DNA from: Kofleriaceae bacterium
GTDB lineage: Bacteria > Myxococcota_A > Polyangia > Haliangiales > Haliangiaceae
Assembly (NCBI GenBank): GCA_046597055.1
Contig: JBKJLC010000211.1
Span: 1 to 31,327, forward strand
Direction: 5' to 3'
Length of the DNA stretch: 31,327 nt
The stretch's first letter is position 1. Every line of letters starts with the position of its first letter. The notes below the pieces were generated by a model. The model saw nothing but the letters and a program-made list of their open reading frames with translations, was not told where the DNA came from and ran no database searches. The position numbers were made by a program, and so were the translations under genes. Below are positions 31,327 through 31,327 of this stretch, piece after piece.

Positions 31327-31327
31327 G

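Overview
A very GC-rich (about 70% or more by eye), gene-dense bacterial window. A MYXO-CTERM-like tail, many Cys/Asp-rich surface proteins and about nine lipoprotein-type signal peptides point to Myxococcota (inference). About 23 CDSs are supportable. Housekeeping and metabolic genes include two acyl-CoA dehydrogenases, topoisomerase III, an M3 oligopeptidase, MiaE, a LysR/epimerase pair, an OmpA/Pal protein, an SDR and the atpD-atpC end of an ATP synthase operon. The best candidate for an undescribed system is a two-gene cell-surface locus (19098-26815). It encodes a 711-aa lipoprotein (Cys/Asp repeats plus an apparently non-catalytic FGE/C-lectin-fold domain) and a 1857-aa MYXO-CTERM protein (unassigned N-terminal domain, Cys-decorated vWA domain, long Cys/Asp stalk), preceded by a hairpin-rich intergenic region. 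Other signals read directly from the DNA: the first ~130 bp are an inverted piece of the adjacent acyl-CoA dehydrogenase gene; a dispersed REP-like element has fixed flanks and a swappable internal hairpin (4 copies); a FadR/YsiA-like operator precedes the long acyl-CoA dehydrogenase; and two sigma54-like promoters sit almost on top of lipoprotein start codons. No CRISPR array, rRNA, tRNA, transposase or integrase was seen. All family assignments are from motif recognition, not database searches.
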